This document shows positions 40,863-52,549 of a stretch of DNA of 56,489 bases, piece by piece. The notes under the pieces are model-generated. The model searched no databases, was not told the DNA's origin, and saw only the letters and a program-made list of their open reading frames with translations. This stretch comes from Actinomycetota bacterium (GTDB lineage: Bacteria > Actinomycetota > Actinomycetes > S36-B12), in NCBI GenBank assembly GCA_029978585.1, contig JAPOJD010000001.1, positions 1 through 56,489 of the forward strand, given 5' to 3'. Each line of letters starts with the position of its first letter. The stretch's first letter is position 1. Position numbers and translations under genes: made by a program.

Positions 40863-41583
40863 TCCCTTCCTGCGCTTCAACGTGCAGGATGCCCAGGTCG
40901 TCGACTATCGCATCGACGGGGATCACGTCGCCTTCGTCAGGCCGGGACGGCGCCCAGGCGAACTTTGGGTGGGTGCGCTCGGCGATGACCCCGGGCGCGT
41001 GCTCAGGCTGATCGACGCGCTCCTCGCCCGTCACCCCATCGACGGAATCCACGTGCACGACGACGTGTACCGGCGCCTTCCTGAGCGCCTCACCATCTCG
41101 GATCCGGGCCATTGGTCGATATGGGTGGCGACAGCCGAGGGGCAGGTCCCGGAACTGAGTCGATGGGCGTCCGGGGCCACCGAAGTGCAGGGCACCGACG
41201 CGCGCATCGATCCACTGCTCCAGAACTCCGATTCGGCGTACATCTTCGCGGGGGATCCGACCGTGCGCCGATGGATGGGCGTGGAGCGCAACGGGCGCCT
41301 GCTCGCCGTGGGAGCGGAGTCCGTGATCGCAGGGGACGTTCCGCACCTGGTGAGCATCTGCACGGATCCGGCCGAACGGGGGGCAGGTCTGGGCAGGGCG
41401 GTCACGGCGGCACTCGTCAGCCGAGCGTTCTCTCGGGGAGAGCCCATGGTGTACCTGGAGATGTACGCGGGCAACGGACCCGCTGCGGCCCTTTACCGAT
41501 CGGTGGGCTTCGGTGAGCTCGCGCGGTACCGATCAGGCTGGCTCCCTCGCCGCGGGCGGCCGGTTCCTCGCGAGTCCGCGTAG
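40828..41583 (+). CDS. GNAT-family N-acetyltransferase (start uncertain, alternative GTG at 40882)
   Basis: [13 protein letters not shown] acetyl-CoA motif, [11 protein letters not shown]. Confidence 0.75.
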   Translation: MPHPLRTARPTDPFLRFNVQDAQVVDYRIDGDHVAFVRPGRRPGELWVGALGDDPGRVLRLIDALLARHPIDGIHVHDDVYRRLPERLTISDPGHWSIWVATAEGQVPELSRWASGATEVQGTDARIDPLLQNSDSAYIFAGDPTVRRWMGVERNGRLLAVGAESVIAGDVPHLVSICTDPAERGAGLGRAVTAALVSRAFSRGEPMVYLEMYAGNGPAAALYRSVGFGELARYRSGWLPRRGRPVPRESA

Positions 41584-41594
41584 GCTCGCCCAGG

Positions 41595-43025
41595 ATGACC
41601 GCCAGCCTCTTCGACGCAGGCGCCGGACCTGACAGGCCGGGGGCCCCGCTTGCCGTGAGGCTGAGGCCCCGCACCCTCGGCGATCTGGTCGGCCAGCAGC
41701 ACTTGCTGGCCGAGGGATCACCGCTGCGGCGGCTGCTCGAGGGCGACGAGGGTGCCGCCGTGTCGGTCATCCTGTGGGGCCCTCCCGGTACCGGCAAGAC
41801 CACGCTGGCGAGCATGGTGTCGGTCTCCACCGGCCGGCGCTTCGTGGAATTGTCGGCCGTGACGGCAGGAGTCAAGGACGTGCGCGAGGTGATCGAGGCG
41901 GCCCGCGCCGACCTGGGAATGCACGGCCGCGGAACCGTCCTCTTCGTCGACGAGGTGCACCGATTCAGCAAGACCCAGCAGGACGCGCTCCTGCCGGCGG
42001 TCGAGAACGGCTGGGTGACCCTGATCGCCGCCACCACGGAGAACCCGAGCTTCTCGGTGGTGTCGCCACTGCTCTCGCGAAGCCTGGTCCTCACCCTCGA
42101 GCCGCTGGACGACGCGGAACTCGGACGGCTTGCCGACAGGGCTCTCGCCGACCCTCGGGGGCTTGGGGGCGAGGTCTCCCTGTCGGTTTCGGCTCGCGAG
42201 CACCTGCTCCGCGTGGCCGGTGGGGATGCGCGGCGGCTGCTCACGGCGCTGGAGGCCGCAGCCGGGCTTGTCCTCTCGACAAGAGGGCCCGGTGCCGAGA
42301 TCGAAGTGGCCGACGTGGAAGCAGCCGTGCAAACGGCAGCGGTGCGCTACGACCGTGACGGCGACCAGCACTACGACGTCATCAGCGCCTTCATCAAGAG
42401 CGTGCGGGGGAGCGACGTCGATGCAGCGCTGCACTACCTCGCGCGCATGATCGAGGCGGGAGAGGATCCGCGGTTCATCGCCAGGAGGCTCCTGATCCTT
42501 GCCAGCGAAGACATCGGCATGGCGGACCCCAGCGCCCTCCAGGCGGCCGTGGCCGCTGCCCAGGCGGTGCAACTGCTGGGGATGCCAGAGGCGCGGCTGA
42601 CGCTGGCGCACGCGACGATCCACCTGTCCCTCAGCCCCAAGTCCAACGCCGTCATCATGGCCATCGACTCGGCCCAGTCGGATGTCCGTTCGGGCCGGAT
42701 CGGCACCGTGCCGCCACACCTGCGCGACGCCCACTATCCGGGCGCACGCGACCTGGGTCACGGCCGCGGCTACGCCTACCCCCACGATGCTCCCGAGGGC
42801 GTGGTGGCCCAGCAGTACGCCCCCGACCCGATCGCTGATCGGCGTTACTACCGTCCGACCTCCCATGGCGCCGAGGCCCGCTGGGCCGAGGTGCATGAGC
42901 GACTGAGGCATGCCGTGTCCGGCGGAGGCTCGGGCGGCGAGGCGTTAGGGTCGCCGGAGGGCGCCGTGCCGACCGCGGCGAACGGGACCGATCAGGGACA
43001 CCGAGGCGAGGAGGTGAGCCGGTGA
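41595..43025 (+). CDS. rarA: Replication-associated recombination protein A
   Basis: [41 protein letters not shown]. Confidence 0.95.
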   Translation: MTASLFDAGAGPDRPGAPLAVRLRPRTLGDLVGQQHLLAEGSPLRRLLEGDEGAAVSVILWGPPGTGKTTLASMVSVSTGRRFVELSAVTAGVKDVREVIEAARADLGMHGRGTVLFVDEVHRFSKTQQDALLPAVENGWVTLIAATTENPSFSVVSPLLSRSLVLTLEPLDDAELGRLADRALADPRGLGGEVSLSVSAREHLLRVAGGDARRLLTALEAAAGLVLSTRGPGAEIEVADVEAAVQTAAVRYDRDGDQHYDVISAFIKSVRGSDVDAALHYLARMIEAGEDPRFIARRLLILASEDIGMADPSALQAAVAAAQAVQLLGMPEARLTLAHATIHLSLSPKSNAVIMAIDSAQSDVRSGRIGTVPPHLRDAHYPGARDLGHGRGYAYPHDAPEGVVAQQYAPDPIADRRYYRPTSHGAEARWAEVHERLRHAVSGGGSGGEALGSPEGAVPTAANGTDQGHRGEEVSR

Positions 43026-43375
43026 GCAGGCTGGTGTGGGTGGCCCTCGGGGCCGCAGGCGGCGTCTATGCCTACCGGCGCGGCCAGCGCCTGCTCGACG
43101 AGGCGCGCGAGCGGGGCATCGTCGGCAGCGTCCAGGCGGCCACGGGGTCAGCGACGAACCTGGCGGTGGCCGCGCGAGGCCTCATGGCGGGCAGTGCGGC
43201 ACCGCGATCGGGGTCGCCATCGAACCGGCCAACCCGGCCCGCGTCACCGTCGGGGCGTACGACGAGCCGCCCGGGGACCGACACTGCCTCGGCGACAGCG
43301 ACCGGTGCGGCCGCGGCCAGGGTGCTGGCGGAATCCCAGTCGCGATCGCGAGCCGCTGGTCCCGGAGACAGGTGA
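43022..43375 (+). CDS. Small hypothetical protein upstream of alaS (DUF6167-like N-terminus)
   Basis: [16 protein letters not shown]; coupled by overlaps at both ends. Confidence 0.6.
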   Translation: MSRLVWVALGAAGGVYAYRRGQRLLDEARERGIVGSVQAATGSATNLAVAARGLMAGSAAPRSGSPSNRPTRPASPSGRTTSRPGTDTASATATGAAAARVLAESQSRSRAAGPGDR

Positions 43376-46050
43376 TGGACTCCGCGGAGATCAGAACCCG
43401 GTTCCTCAAGTTCTTCGCCGACCGAGGCCACCAGGTGGTGCCCTCAGCGTCGCTCCTCCTCGATGACCCGACGTTGCTCTTCGTCAACGCGGGCATGGTG
43501 CCGTTCAAGCCCTACTTCCTCGGCGAGGCTCCGCCGCCGTACCCACGGGCGACGTCCGTGCAGAAGTGCGTCCGAACCCTGGACATCGAGGAGGTCGGCA
43601 AGACGACCCGGCACGCCTCGTTCTTCCAGATGGCGGGGAACTTCTCCTTCGGGGACTACTTCAAGTCCGGAGCGATCCCCTTCGCTTGGGAACTCCTCAC
43701 CTCGTCGCAGGCCGACGGCGGCTACGGCTTCCCCGAGGATCGCCTCTGGGTCACGGTCTACGACAACGACGACGAGGCAGCCGACATCTGGCACCGGGAG
43801 GTAGGCATCCCCCGGGAGCGCATCCAGCGTCGCAACGCCAAGGACAACTACTGGTCCATGGGAGTCCCGGGACCCGGTGGCCCGTGCTCGGAGATCTACT
43901 ACGACCGGGGCGCGGCGTTCGGGCGCGAGGGCGGACCCGTGGTCGACGAAGATCGCTATCTCGAGGTGTGGAACCTCGTCTTCATGCAGGACGAGCTCTC
44001 GGCGGTCCGGTCGAAGGAGGACTTCGACATCCTCAAGCCCCTTCCCGCCAAGAACATCGACACGGGCATGGGTCTGGAGCGGATGGCCGCGCTCCTCCAG
44101 GGGGTCGACAACATCTACGAGATCGACACGACCCGGGGGATCCTCGACCGCGCGAGCGAACTCACGGGCGTCACGTACGGCGCGGGTGAGAGGACCGACG
44201 TGGCCTTGCGGGTCATCGCCGACCACAGTCGCACGTGTGCCTTCCTCATCGGCGACGGAGTGACCCCGGGCAACGAAGGACGCGGCTACGTTCTCAGGCG
44301 GCTACTGCGCCGTGTGGTCCGCAATATGAGGCTGCTGGGTGCCGGCGATCCGTCCATGGACCCGCTCATGGACACCACCATCCAGGTGATGGCGCCGCAG
44401 TATCCGGAGCTCAATGACGAGGCGCGGCGCATCTCCAGTGTCGCGGCACAGGAGGAGGCAGCGTTCCTCCAGACCCTGCGCACGGGCACCCAGATCTTCG
44501 ACCTCGCGGCCGCCGAGGTGCGCTCGAACGGCGGGGGAGTCCTTCCCGGCGACCAGGCCTTCGAACTGCACGACACCTACGGATTCCCCATTGATCTGAC
44601 CCTCGAGATGGCCCGGGAGCAGGGCCTGGACGTGGACGAGGAGGGCTTCCGCCGGCTCATGGCCGAGCAGCGTGAGCGCGCCAAGGCCGACGCCCGCTCC
44701 CGCAAGGCGGGCCTTACCGCGGTGACGGCGTACCGGGAGGTCCTCGAGACCGGCGGGTCGACAGCGTTCACCGGGTACGACGAGGCCGTGTCCGAGGGCG
44801 TGATCACCGGGGTCCTGCGCGATGGGGTCGTCGTGCCAGTGGCCCGGGAGGGCGATCACGTCGAGATCGTCCTCAATCGCACGCCCTTCTACGCGGAGGC
44901 CGGCGGCCAGTTGGGCGACCACGGCACCATTCGCGTGGCCGACGGCGCCGTCATCGACGTGTACGACGTCCAGACCCCCGTGCCGGGCCTCTTCGTGCAC
45001 CGCGCGACGGTCGTGGAGGGAGAGGGAGCCGCGGGCGACGAGGCCGTGGGGATGGTCGATGTCGAACGTCGCCGGGCGATCTCGCGTGCGCATACCGCCA
45101 CTCATCTGGTGCACCGGGCCTTCCGGGAGTTCCTCGGCGACACCGCAACCCAGATGGGATCGGAGAACGCCCCGGGGCGGCTGCGCTTCGACTTCCCCAG
45201 CCCGGCGGCGGTGGGAGATGCGATGCTGCGCGACGTCGAGGCCAGGGTGAACGACGTCCTCTCCGCCGACCTCGAGGTCATGGCGCAGCTCATGTCGCAG
45301 GAGGAGGCCCGGGCGTTCGGCGCCATGGCGCTCTTCGGCGAAAAGTACGGCCCGGAGGTGCGGGTGATCTCGGTGGGCGACTGGGCCCACGAACTGTGCG
45401 GGGGAACGCACGCGGAGCGCTCGGGTCAACTGGGCGTCGTCACCTTCCTGTCGGAGGGGTCCATCGGCTCCGGTGTGCGGCGAGTGGAGGCCCTCGTGGG
45501 GGTCGACGCCTATCGACACCTGGCCCGCGAGCACGTCCTCGTGGGAAGGCTCACCCAACTGGTCAAGGCCCGGCCCGAGGAGCTGCCCGAGCGCATCGAG
45601 GGGCTCATCGGTCGACTCAAGGATGCCGAGCGCGACCTCCAGCGGGCCCGCAGCGCCGAGCTCACCTCGAACGTGGAGGGCGTGATCGGTGAGGGGCGGG
45701 ACTACGGCCCGTTCCGGCTGTGGACCTACCGTGCGCCCGATGGCCTGACCGCGAACGACTTGCGCGAGCTCGCACTGCGCGGGCGTGCGGCGGCGCGACC
45801 CGACCGCGGAGTCATCATGATCGGCTCGTCCCTCGCGGATGGGCGACTCGCCGTCGTGGCCGTCGTGAACCCACGCGCGCAGGAACTCGGCATTTCAGCC
45901 AAGGACGTCCTTCAGTCCGCGCTCCCGGCGATCGACGGACGCGGGGGTGGGAAGGACGACATAGCCCAGGGTGGCGGCTCCAAGCTGGATGGGCTGGACG
46001 AGGCCTACGCGTCCGTGCACGACTACGTGCGGTCCCGCGCAGGGGAGTGA
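43375..46050 (+). CDS. alaS: Alanine--tRNA ligase
   Basis: LLFVNAGM, GNFSFGDYFK, DTGMGLER, HTATH, ELCGGTH, GRGGG. Confidence 0.97.
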   Translation: MDSAEIRTRFLKFFADRGHQVVPSASLLLDDPTLLFVNAGMVPFKPYFLGEAPPPYPRATSVQKCVRTLDIEEVGKTTRHASFFQMAGNFSFGDYFKSGAIPFAWELLTSSQADGGYGFPEDRLWVTVYDNDDEAADIWHREVGIPRERIQRRNAKDNYWSMGVPGPGGPCSEIYYDRGAAFGREGGPVVDEDRYLEVWNLVFMQDELSAVRSKEDFDILKPLPAKNIDTGMGLERMAALLQGVDNIYEIDTTRGILDRASELTGVTYGAGERTDVALRVIADHSRTCAFLIGDGVTPGNEGRGYVLRRLLRRVVRNMRLLGAGDPSMDPLMDTTIQVMAPQYPELNDEARRISSVAAQEEAAFLQTLRTGTQIFDLAAAEVRSNGGGVLPGDQAFELHDTYGFPIDLTLEMAREQGLDVDEEGFRRLMAEQRERAKADARSRKAGLTAVTAYREVLETGGSTAFTGYDEAVSEGVITGVLRDGVVVPVAREGDHVEIVLNRTPFYAEAGGQLGDHGTIRVADGAVIDVYDVQTPVPGLFVHRATVVEGEGAAGDEAVGMVDVERRRAISRAHTATHLVHRAFREFLGDTATQMGSENAPGRLRFDFPSPAAVGDAMLRDVEARVNDVLSADLEVMAQLMSQEEARAFGAMALFGEKYGPEVRVISVGDWAHELCGGTHAERSGQLGVVTFLSEGSIGSGVRRVEALVGVDAYRHLAREHVLVGRLTQLVKARPEELPERIEGLIGRLKDAERDLQRARSAELTSNVEGVIGEGRDYGPFRLWTYRAPDGLTANDLRELALRGRAAARPDRGVIMIGSSLADGRLAVVAVVNPRAQELGISAKDVLQSALPAIDGRGGGKDDIAQGGGSKLDGLDEAYASVHDYVRSRAGE

Positions 46051-46060
46051 GAGGGCGGCC

Positions 46061-46522
46061 GTGAGCGAGGCCTTCGCCCGGGGCGTCCGGCTGGCAGTGG
46101 ACGTGGGTTCGGTCCGCGTGGGCGTCGCACGGTGCGATCCCGACGGGATCCTCGCCTCTCCGGTGGACACGCTGGCGCGAGACTCGACGACTCTCGAGCG
46201 CCTCGCCGCACTGACCGCCGATCTTGATGCCGTCGTCGTCTACGTCGGCCTTCCGGTCTCGCTGGGCGGCGGGGAGGGCATCGCCGCCCAGTCGGCGCGA
46301 GCGTTCGCCGAGGAGCTGGCCGCGGCCGCGCCCTGCCCCGTCCGCCTAGTGGACGAGCGGCTGAGCACGGTGGATGCGCAGAGGGCATTGCGTGATGCGG
46401 GGCGATCAGCGCGGTCGTCGAGGTCGGTGGTCGACCAGGTCGCGGCGGTCATCATCCTGGAGCAGGCGTTGTCGATCGAGCGCGCCACCGGGACACTGGC
46501 GGGCACGGCCGTTACCTTCTAG
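46061..46522 (+). CDS. ruvX: YqgF/RuvX pre-16S rRNA nuclease
   Basis: AVDVG..RVGVA, VGLP, DERLST, DQVAA. Confidence 0.92.
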   Translation: MSEAFARGVRLAVDVGSVRVGVARCDPDGILASPVDTLARDSTTLERLAALTADLDAVVVYVGLPVSLGGGEGIAAQSARAFAEELAAAAPCPVRLVDERLSTVDAQRALRDAGRSARSSRSVVDQVAAVIILEQALSIERATGTLAGTAVTF

Positions 46523-46573
46523 GGGAGCGGCGTTCGCGGGCGCCGGGAGACGCCGGGAGAAGGGAGCCGGGCC

Positions 46574-47692
46574 ATGAGCCAGTTGCTGCCCTTCCTCACC
46601 GAGGACCCGCTTCCCCCGTCCCGCAACCGTCGTAGCCCCGTCCGGTGGACGGTCGCTGCACTGGGCGTCCTCGCCCTCGTGGTCGCGGGCATCTGGGCGT
46701 TCACGACGGTGCGGACGCTTGCTCCGGAGGAGCGGGCGGCGGCCGTCGCCGGCACTCCGGTGCTGGTGGTGGTGAACACCGGGGACTCCCTGGCGACCGT
46801 CGCGAGGAGCCTGGAGTCCGCGGGCGTCGTGGCGTCTGCCTCGGGATTCCTCGCCAGCGCCGAACTCGACGACCGGGCGACGCGCATCGGGCCGGGCGTC
46901 TACTCGCTCATGACCGGCATGGATCCCGCCAGCGTGATCGACAAGATGCTCGACCCCGCGTCGCGTGCCGCCCCGCTGGTCCTCCCGGAAGGGCTGAGGA
47001 TCGACGAGACGGTCCAGATCACGTCCTCCGCCACCGGGATCCCCCAGTCGGAGCTGGCAGAAGCGCTAGGCGAGCCGGAGGCCCTGGAACTGCCGGAGTG
47101 GGCGGACGAGCGGCCCGAGGGCCTCCTCTTCCCCGCGTCGTACGACATCATCCCCGGTCGCACGGCCGAGGAGGTCCTCAACTCGATGGTGCGCCGCTTC
47201 GACCTCGCCGCGGAGGAACTCAACCTCGTCAAGCGCGCCAAGAAGCTCGGGATGTCGCCGTACGAGGTCCTCATCGTGGCCAGCCTCGTGCAGGCGGAGG
47301 CAGCGCCGAGCGACTTCCGGAGGGTGGCCAGAGTGGCCTACAACCGCCTCAAGGAGGGCATGAAGCTGCAGTTCGACTCGACGGTGAACTACGCCCTGAA
47401 GACGGACACGTTCTTCCTCACCGAGCAGATGCTGTCGGTCGAGTCGCCCTACAACACGTTCGTCATCGAAGGCCTGCCCCCGACTCCGATCAACTCGCCA
47501 GGGCAGGAGGCGATCGAGGCCGCGCTCGATCCCGCCGAGGGGGACTGGCTGTACTTCGTCACCACGGACCCGGAGACGCTGACGACGAAGTTCACCTCGA
47601 GCTACGACCAATTCCTGGAGTGGAAGCAGAAGTTCCGCGAGGGCTACGGTGCATCCAATGCGCCTCGCCCGTCCGCGTCGGCGACGCCGTGA
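46574..47692 (+). CDS. mltG: Endolytic transglycosylase MltG
   Basis: N-terminal TM, EGLLFPASY, ASLVQAE, SPYNT, GLPPTPI, YFV. Confidence 0.92.
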   Translation: MSQLLPFLTEDPLPPSRNRRSPVRWTVAALGVLALVVAGIWAFTTVRTLAPEERAAAVAGTPVLVVVNTGDSLATVARSLESAGVVASASGFLASAELDDRATRIGPGVYSLMTGMDPASVIDKMLDPASRAAPLVLPEGLRIDETVQITSSATGIPQSELAEALGEPEALELPEWADERPEGLLFPASYDIIPGRTAEEVLNSMVRRFDLAAEELNLVKRAKKLGMSPYEVLIVASLVQAEAAPSDFRRVARVAYNRLKEGMKLQFDSTVNYALKTDTFFLTEQMLSVESPYNTFVIEGLPPTPINSPGQEAIEAALDPAEGDWLYFVTTDPETLTTKFTSSYDQFLEWKQKFREGYGASNAPRPSASATP

Positions 47693-48510
47693 CCCAGGAC
47701 GTCAAGCGCGCCGCGGTGCTGGGCTCGCCTATCGGCCACAGTCTGTCCCCGGTCCTTCACCGTGCGGCCTACGCTGCGCTGGGGCTCCCGTGGAGGTACG
47801 ACGCCCTGGACGTGCGCGAGGACGAGCTCGCGGAGTTTGTCGATGCAATGGACGACTCCTGGGCGGGGCTCTCGCTCACCATGCCGCTCAAGACAGCGGT
47901 GCTTCCGCTCCTGCATGACACGAGCGAGACGGTCGATGTCGTGGGGGCCGCGAACACCGTGGTCATCCGCGACGGGCGCCGGCACGGCCACAACACCGAC
48001 GTCATGGGGATGGTCCGGGCGATCCGCGAGATGTCCCCCGAAGCAGACCTGACCAACGCCACCATCCTCGGCGGAGGAGCGACGGCCAGGAGCGCGGTCG
48101 CGGCAATCCACCGGCTGGGGATCGAGGCGGCCTACGTCGCCCTGCGGGATCCGGCCCGAGGTGCGCACCTGTCTCACATCGCGGCGGGACTGGGGTGCGA
48201 CTTGCGCATCGTCTCCTGGGAGGAGGCCCACCACCACCTCGATGCCGACCTGGTGATCTCGACCGTTCCCGGAGACGCAGCGGATCGTTATGCACAGGGC
48301 GTGCCCGACGACCCGGGCATCCTGCTCGATGTGGCCTACGGTGATCAGGCGGGGACGCTCGTTCCCGCGTGGCGCGCCGCAGGCGGCGCCGCGGCGGACG
48401 GCCTGGCGCTCCTCCTCTGGCAGGCGGCGGATCAGGTGCGGCTGATGACGGGGCTCGAGGCGCCCGTCGGCGAGATGCGTGCCGCTCTCAGCCGGGAGCA
48501 CCCCGGGTAG
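47689..48510 (+). CDS. aroE: Shikimate dehydrogenase
   Basis: GSPIGHSLSP, TMPLK, ANT, NTD, GGGATA. Confidence 0.93.
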   Translation: MTQDVKRAAVLGSPIGHSLSPVLHRAAYAALGLPWRYDALDVREDELAEFVDAMDDSWAGLSLTMPLKTAVLPLLHDTSETVDVVGAANTVVIRDGRRHGHNTDVMGMVRAIREMSPEADLTNATILGGGATARSAVAAIHRLGIEAAYVALRDPARGAHLSHIAAGLGCDLRIVSWEEAHHHLDADLVISTVPGDAADRYAQGVPDDPGILLDVAYGDQAGTLVPAWRAAGGAAADGLALLLWQAADQVRLMTGLEAPVGEMRAALSREHPG

Positions 48511-48529
48511 GACGGCGGAGGGGGGTGTC

Positions 48530-49255
48530 ATGCTCGGCGAAAGCATGATCGCCCCCATCGCGCTCGCGTTGGTCGTCGGGGCGGCCTGCGGACCGTCCGT
48601 CGATCGCCTCGCGCTGTGGTCGCTGAGCACGGGACCGGCAGCGGCGGTCCCCGACCGTTCCGGTCAGGGTCGGCCGCACCCCACCGCCATGAGCTCCGTG
48701 GCCTGCGCCGGCATATGTGCCGTCGCCGCGGCCGCCGTCACTGCCGCGTCGCCGGCGGTCCTGCCGGTCGGACTGGCCCTCGCCCTCCTCGGCGTGGCCG
48801 TGTCGCGCACGGACCTGGCTCGGCACCGGATCCCCGACGTCCTCGTCCTCCTGTTGTTCGCAGTCGGGGGTGTGGGCCTCTTCGCGACCGCCTGGCTGGG
48901 CGCGGAGATGGCCGCCTACGGCCGGGCCTGGGCGGCCTCCGGGGCCTGCCTCCTCGCCTTCCTGACCCTGGCACTCGTCTCCCCGTCGGCACTGGGCATG
49001 GGCGATGTGAAACTCCTGTCGGCCCTGGCGCTGTATCTCGGCTTCGTCGGATGGGATGCACTGCTGCTCGGCATCGTGCTCGGGCTGACCCTGGCGGGCA
49101 CGCTCGGATGGGCTCTCGTCGCTGTCGGGCAGCGCCCGAGGCGCGCGGGCGGGCGGGTACCGCCAGCGACCTCGCGGCTGCGTCAGCCGATCCCTCTCGC
49201 ACCGTTCCTCGTGACGGGAGCCATTGCAGCGATGCTGGGCCCCGCCGCGATCTGA
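48530..49255 (+). CDS. A24-family (prepilin) peptidase
   Basis: TDLARHRIPD and GMGDVK aspartates, PLAPFL; typical position between aroE and aroC. Confidence 0.8.
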   Translation: MLGESMIAPIALALVVGAACGPSVDRLALWSLSTGPAAAVPDRSGQGRPHPTAMSSVACAGICAVAAAAVTAASPAVLPVGLALALLGVAVSRTDLARHRIPDVLVLLLFAVGGVGLFATAWLGAEMAAYGRAWAASGACLLAFLTLALVSPSALGMGDVKLLSALALYLGFVGWDALLLGIVLGLTLAGTLGWALVAVGQRPRRAGGRVPPATSRLRQPIPLAPFLVTGAIAAMLGPAAI

Positions 49256-49285
49256 GAGGATGTCGCCCATGTCCGGGAGCCCGCG

Positions 49286-50458
49286 ATGCTGAGGTGGCTC
49301 ACGGCAGGGGAATCCCACGGTCCCGCGCTGGTCGCGATCCTCGAGGGCCTTCCCGCCGGAGTGAACGTCGCCACCGCCGAGATCGCCGACGACCTGCGCC
49401 GGCGGCGGCTGGGCGTGGGCCGGGGTGCCCGCATGAGCTTCGAGGAGGACCGAGTCTCGATCCTGGGCGGGATCCGGCATGGCGTGACGCAGGGCGGCCC
49501 CATCGCCGTGGAAGTCGCCAACAGTGAGTGGCCCAAGTGGGACCGGGTGATGTCCCCGGATCCCGTGGACGCCGACGAGCTGGCCGCGCTCGCCCGCAAC
49601 GCGCCCCTCACGCGGCCGCGGCCGGGGCACGCCGACCTCGTGGGGATGCAGAAGTACGGCTTCGACGATGCCCGGCCGATCCTCGAGCGGGCCAGCGCCC
49701 GGGAGACGGCGGCGCGCGTGGCCTTGGGAGCTGTGGCCCGCGCGTTTCTGCTGCAGGCGGCGGACGTCGAGGTAGTGAGCCACGTCGTGCGCATCGGAGG
49801 CGCCGCCGCAGACGGCGTCCCCGATCGCGGCGCGGGCCCGGCCATCGACGCCGATCCGGTGCGGGCGCTCGACCCGGTCACGTCGCAGGCGATGCAGGAC
49901 GAGATCTCCGCGGCGCATCGAGACGGGGACACTCTCGGCGGTGTCGTCGAGGTGGTCGCCTTTGGCCTTCCGCCCGGGCTGGGAAGCCACGTGCACTGGG
50001 ACCGCCGACTTGACGCTCGGCTCGCCGGAGCCCTCATGGGCATCCAGGCCATCAAGGGTGTGGAGGTCGGCGACGGCTTCGCCCTCGCGGGCCGCCGCGG
50101 GTCGCAGGCCCAGGACGAGATCATCTCCGAGGATGGCGCACTGCGAAGGACTTCGGGGCGCTCCGGGGGGACCGAGGGCGGCATGAGCACGGGCGAGATC
50201 CTCAGGGTTCGCGCAGCGATGAAGCCCATCTCGACGATCCCACGCGCCCTGCAGACCGTCGACGTGGCAACGGGCGAGCCGGCCAAGGCGATCAACCAGC
50301 GATCGGACGTGTGCGCTGTCCCGGCGGCCGGGGTCGTCGCCGAGGCCATGGTGATGCTCGTCCTTGCCGATGCACTCCTGGAGAAGTTCGGGGGCGACAG
50401 CCTGGCGGAGACCCGCCGGAACCTCCTCGCCTACCGCGACGGGCTGGCGTTCCGATGA
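49286..50458 (+). CDS. aroC: Chorismate synthase
   Basis: [30 protein letters not shown]. Confidence 0.97.
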   Translation: MLRWLTAGESHGPALVAILEGLPAGVNVATAEIADDLRRRRLGVGRGARMSFEEDRVSILGGIRHGVTQGGPIAVEVANSEWPKWDRVMSPDPVDADELAALARNAPLTRPRPGHADLVGMQKYGFDDARPILERASARETAARVALGAVARAFLLQAADVEVVSHVVRIGGAAADGVPDRGAGPAIDADPVRALDPVTSQAMQDEISAAHRDGDTLGGVVEVVAFGLPPGLGSHVHWDRRLDARLAGALMGIQAIKGVEVGDGFALAGRRGSQAQDEIISEDGALRRTSGRSGGTEGGMSTGEILRVRAAMKPISTIPRALQTVDVATGEPAKAINQRSDVCAVPAAGVVAEAMVMLVLADALLEKFGGDSLAETRRNLLAYRDGLAFR

Positions 50459-50994
50459 CCGCGGGACCCGCCCTCGTGCTCGTGGGAGCCCCCGGCGCGG
50501 GCAAGACCACGATCGGCAGGGCGTGCGCCCGGCGGCTCGGGGTTGCCTTTGCCGACACTGATCACCTCATCGAGATGGCCGCGGGCCGGAAGGTCGCGGA
50601 CATCTTCGTGGACGACGGCGAGCCCGCCTTCCGCGCGCTGGAGAAGGATGCGGTCGCCACGGCGCTGCAGGAGGAGTCCGGGGTCCTGTCGCTCGGCGGC
50701 GGAGCCGTCCTCGATGCCGGCAGTCGGGCACTGCTCCTCGCGCACCGCGTCGTATGGCTCCGGGTGAGTGTCTCCGACGCGGCCCGACGCGTGGGCCTCA
50801 ATGCCTCGCGTCCCCTGCTGGTCGGCAACGTCCGCGGCACGCTCGCCTCCCTCCTGGAGGAGCGCACCCCCCTCTACGAGGAGGTGTCCGACGCTGTCGT
50901 CGACACCGACGCCAGATCCGTGGACGCGGTGACGGACGACGTGCTCGCGGCACTGGCGGCCCTCGGCGGACCGCGTGCGGAGAGCCTCGCGTGA
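50455..50994 (+). CDS. aroK: Shikimate kinase
   Basis: [23 protein letters not shown]. Confidence 0.95.
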   Translation: MTAGPALVLVGAPGAGKTTIGRACARRLGVAFADTDHLIEMAAGRKVADIFVDDGEPAFRALEKDAVATALQEESGVLSLGGGAVLDAGSRALLLAHRVVWLRVSVSDAARRVGLNASRPLLVGNVRGTLASLLEERTPLYEEVSDAVVDTDARSVDAVTDDVLAALAALGGPRAESLA

Positions 50995-52106
50995 ACCCCG
51001 GGAGCGGCGAGGACGGCAGCACGACGCGGATCCAGGTTTCGGCGGAGCAGCCCTACGACGTGCTGGTTGGGACCGGGCTCCTCGGCGAGCTCGCGCCGAT
51101 GCTGGGCGAACGATGTGCCAAGGTCGCCGTCGTGGCGCCGCGGGCGCTGGACCTCACTGCGGAAGGCGTCCGAGCGGATCTCACGCAACAGGGACTCGAA
51201 CCCATCATCCTCGAGATTCCCGACGCCGAGAACGCGAAGACGCCGGAGGTGGCGGCGTTCTGCTGGGACGTGCTCGGACGCTCTGGATTCACCCGCACGG
51301 ACGCCATCGTCGGCATCGGCGGGGGAGCGGCAACCGACCTGGCGGGCTTCGTCGCCGGGACGTGGCTGCGCGGGGTGCGCCTGGTCAATATCCCGACGAC
51401 CGTCCTGGGGATGGTGGATGCCGCCGTCGGCGGCAAGACGGGCATCAACACGTCGACGGGCAAGAACCTCGTGGGCGTCTTCCACGAGCCGGCCGGCGTG
51501 CTGTGCGACCTCGCCGCCCTCGAGACGCTGCCCCGCCATGAACTGGTCGCGGGCCTTGCCGAGGCCGTCAAGTGCGGACTCATCCGGGATCCGGCGATCC
51601 TCGAGATCGTGCTGCAGGACCCTGATGACGCTGCCCGGTGGGACTCGCCTCGACTGCGCGAGATCATCGAGCGGGCGATCCGGGTTAAGGCGGACGTCGT
51701 CACCGCGGACCTCCGGGAGCGCGTCGGTGCAGCGACGCTCGGGCGCGAGGCACTGAACTACGGCCACACGTTCGGGCACGCCATCGAACGCGTCGAGGAC
51801 TACCGATGGCGGCACGGCGCTGCCATCAGCGTCGGCATGGTCTACGTCGCGGAACTGGCCCGACTCGCGGGCCGATTGGACGACGAGGGGGTCGCCCTGC
51901 ATCGCGAGGTGCTCGGAGCGCTGGGCCTGCCGACCACCTACGCACCGGGCCGGTGGGACGCGCTCCTCGCGGCGATGCGCGTCGACAAGAAGGCGCGGGC
52001 GGACCTGCTCCGCTTCGTGGTCCTGGATGGTGTCGGCCATCCCGGACTGCTCGAGGGCCCCGATCCGGCGCTGCTCGTCAGCGCCTACGAGGAGGTGTCG
52101 GCATGA
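50991..52106 (+). CDS. aroB: 3-dehydroquinate synthase
   Basis: [30 protein letters not shown]. Confidence 0.95.
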   Translation: MNPGSGEDGSTTRIQVSAEQPYDVLVGTGLLGELAPMLGERCAKVAVVAPRALDLTAEGVRADLTQQGLEPIILEIPDAENAKTPEVAAFCWDVLGRSGFTRTDAIVGIGGGAATDLAGFVAGTWLRGVRLVNIPTTVLGMVDAAVGGKTGINTSTGKNLVGVFHEPAGVLCDLAALETLPRHELVAGLAEAVKCGLIRDPAILEIVLQDPDDAARWDSPRLREIIERAIRVKADVVTADLRERVGAATLGREALNYGHTFGHAIERVEDYRWRHGAAISVGMVYVAELARLAGRLDDEGVALHREVLGALGLPTTYAPGRWDALLAAMRVDKKARADLLRFVVLDGVGHPGLLEGPDPALLVSAYEEVSA

Positions 52107-52549
52107 CCCGCGTTCTCGTCCTCAACGGCCCCAACCTGGGGCGTCTCGGCGTGCGGGAGCCGGACGTCTACGGCCACGCGACCCATGCCGACCTCGTCGA
52201 GCGGTGTCGGGCTGTCGGCATGGCGCTGGGGCTGGACGTCGAGGTGCGCCAGACCGACTCCGAGGCTGAACTCGTGGGCTGGTTGCACGAGGCGGCGGAC
52301 GGTGCCGTGCCGGTAGTGATCAATCCCGCGGCATTCACTCACTACTCCTACGCGGTGCGCGACGCGCTGGCGCAGGTGACCGGGCCGACGATTGAGGTCC
52401 ACCTGTCGAATCCCGCCGCGCGGGAGGAGTTCCGGCACACGTCGGTAGTGGCCGGCGTCGTGACCGGGAGCATTGCGGGCTTCGGGCTGGCGTCGTACGA
52501 GCTCGCCCTGCGCGCCATCGCCGCGACACTGACCGGCCCCGGCACGTGA
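52103..52549 (+). CDS. aroQ: Type II 3-dehydroquinate dehydratase
   Basis: [32 protein letters not shown]. Confidence 0.95.
   Translation: MTRVLVLNGPNLGRLGVREPDVYGHATHADLVERCRAVGMALGLDVEVRQTDSEAELVGWLHEAADGAVPVVINPAAFTHYSYAVRDALAQVTGPTIEVHLSNPAAREEFRHTSVVAGVVTGSIAGFGLASYELALRAIAATLTGPGT

Noticed and set aside
46645..47688. 621-aa extended AroE
   Set aside because: The upstream part is an out-of-frame read of mltG; aroE begins at GTG 47689
48530..49255. Prepilin peptidase as evidence of a pilus locus
   Set aside because: No pilin or assembly genes are nearby; this gene commonly sits in the actinobacterial aro cluster
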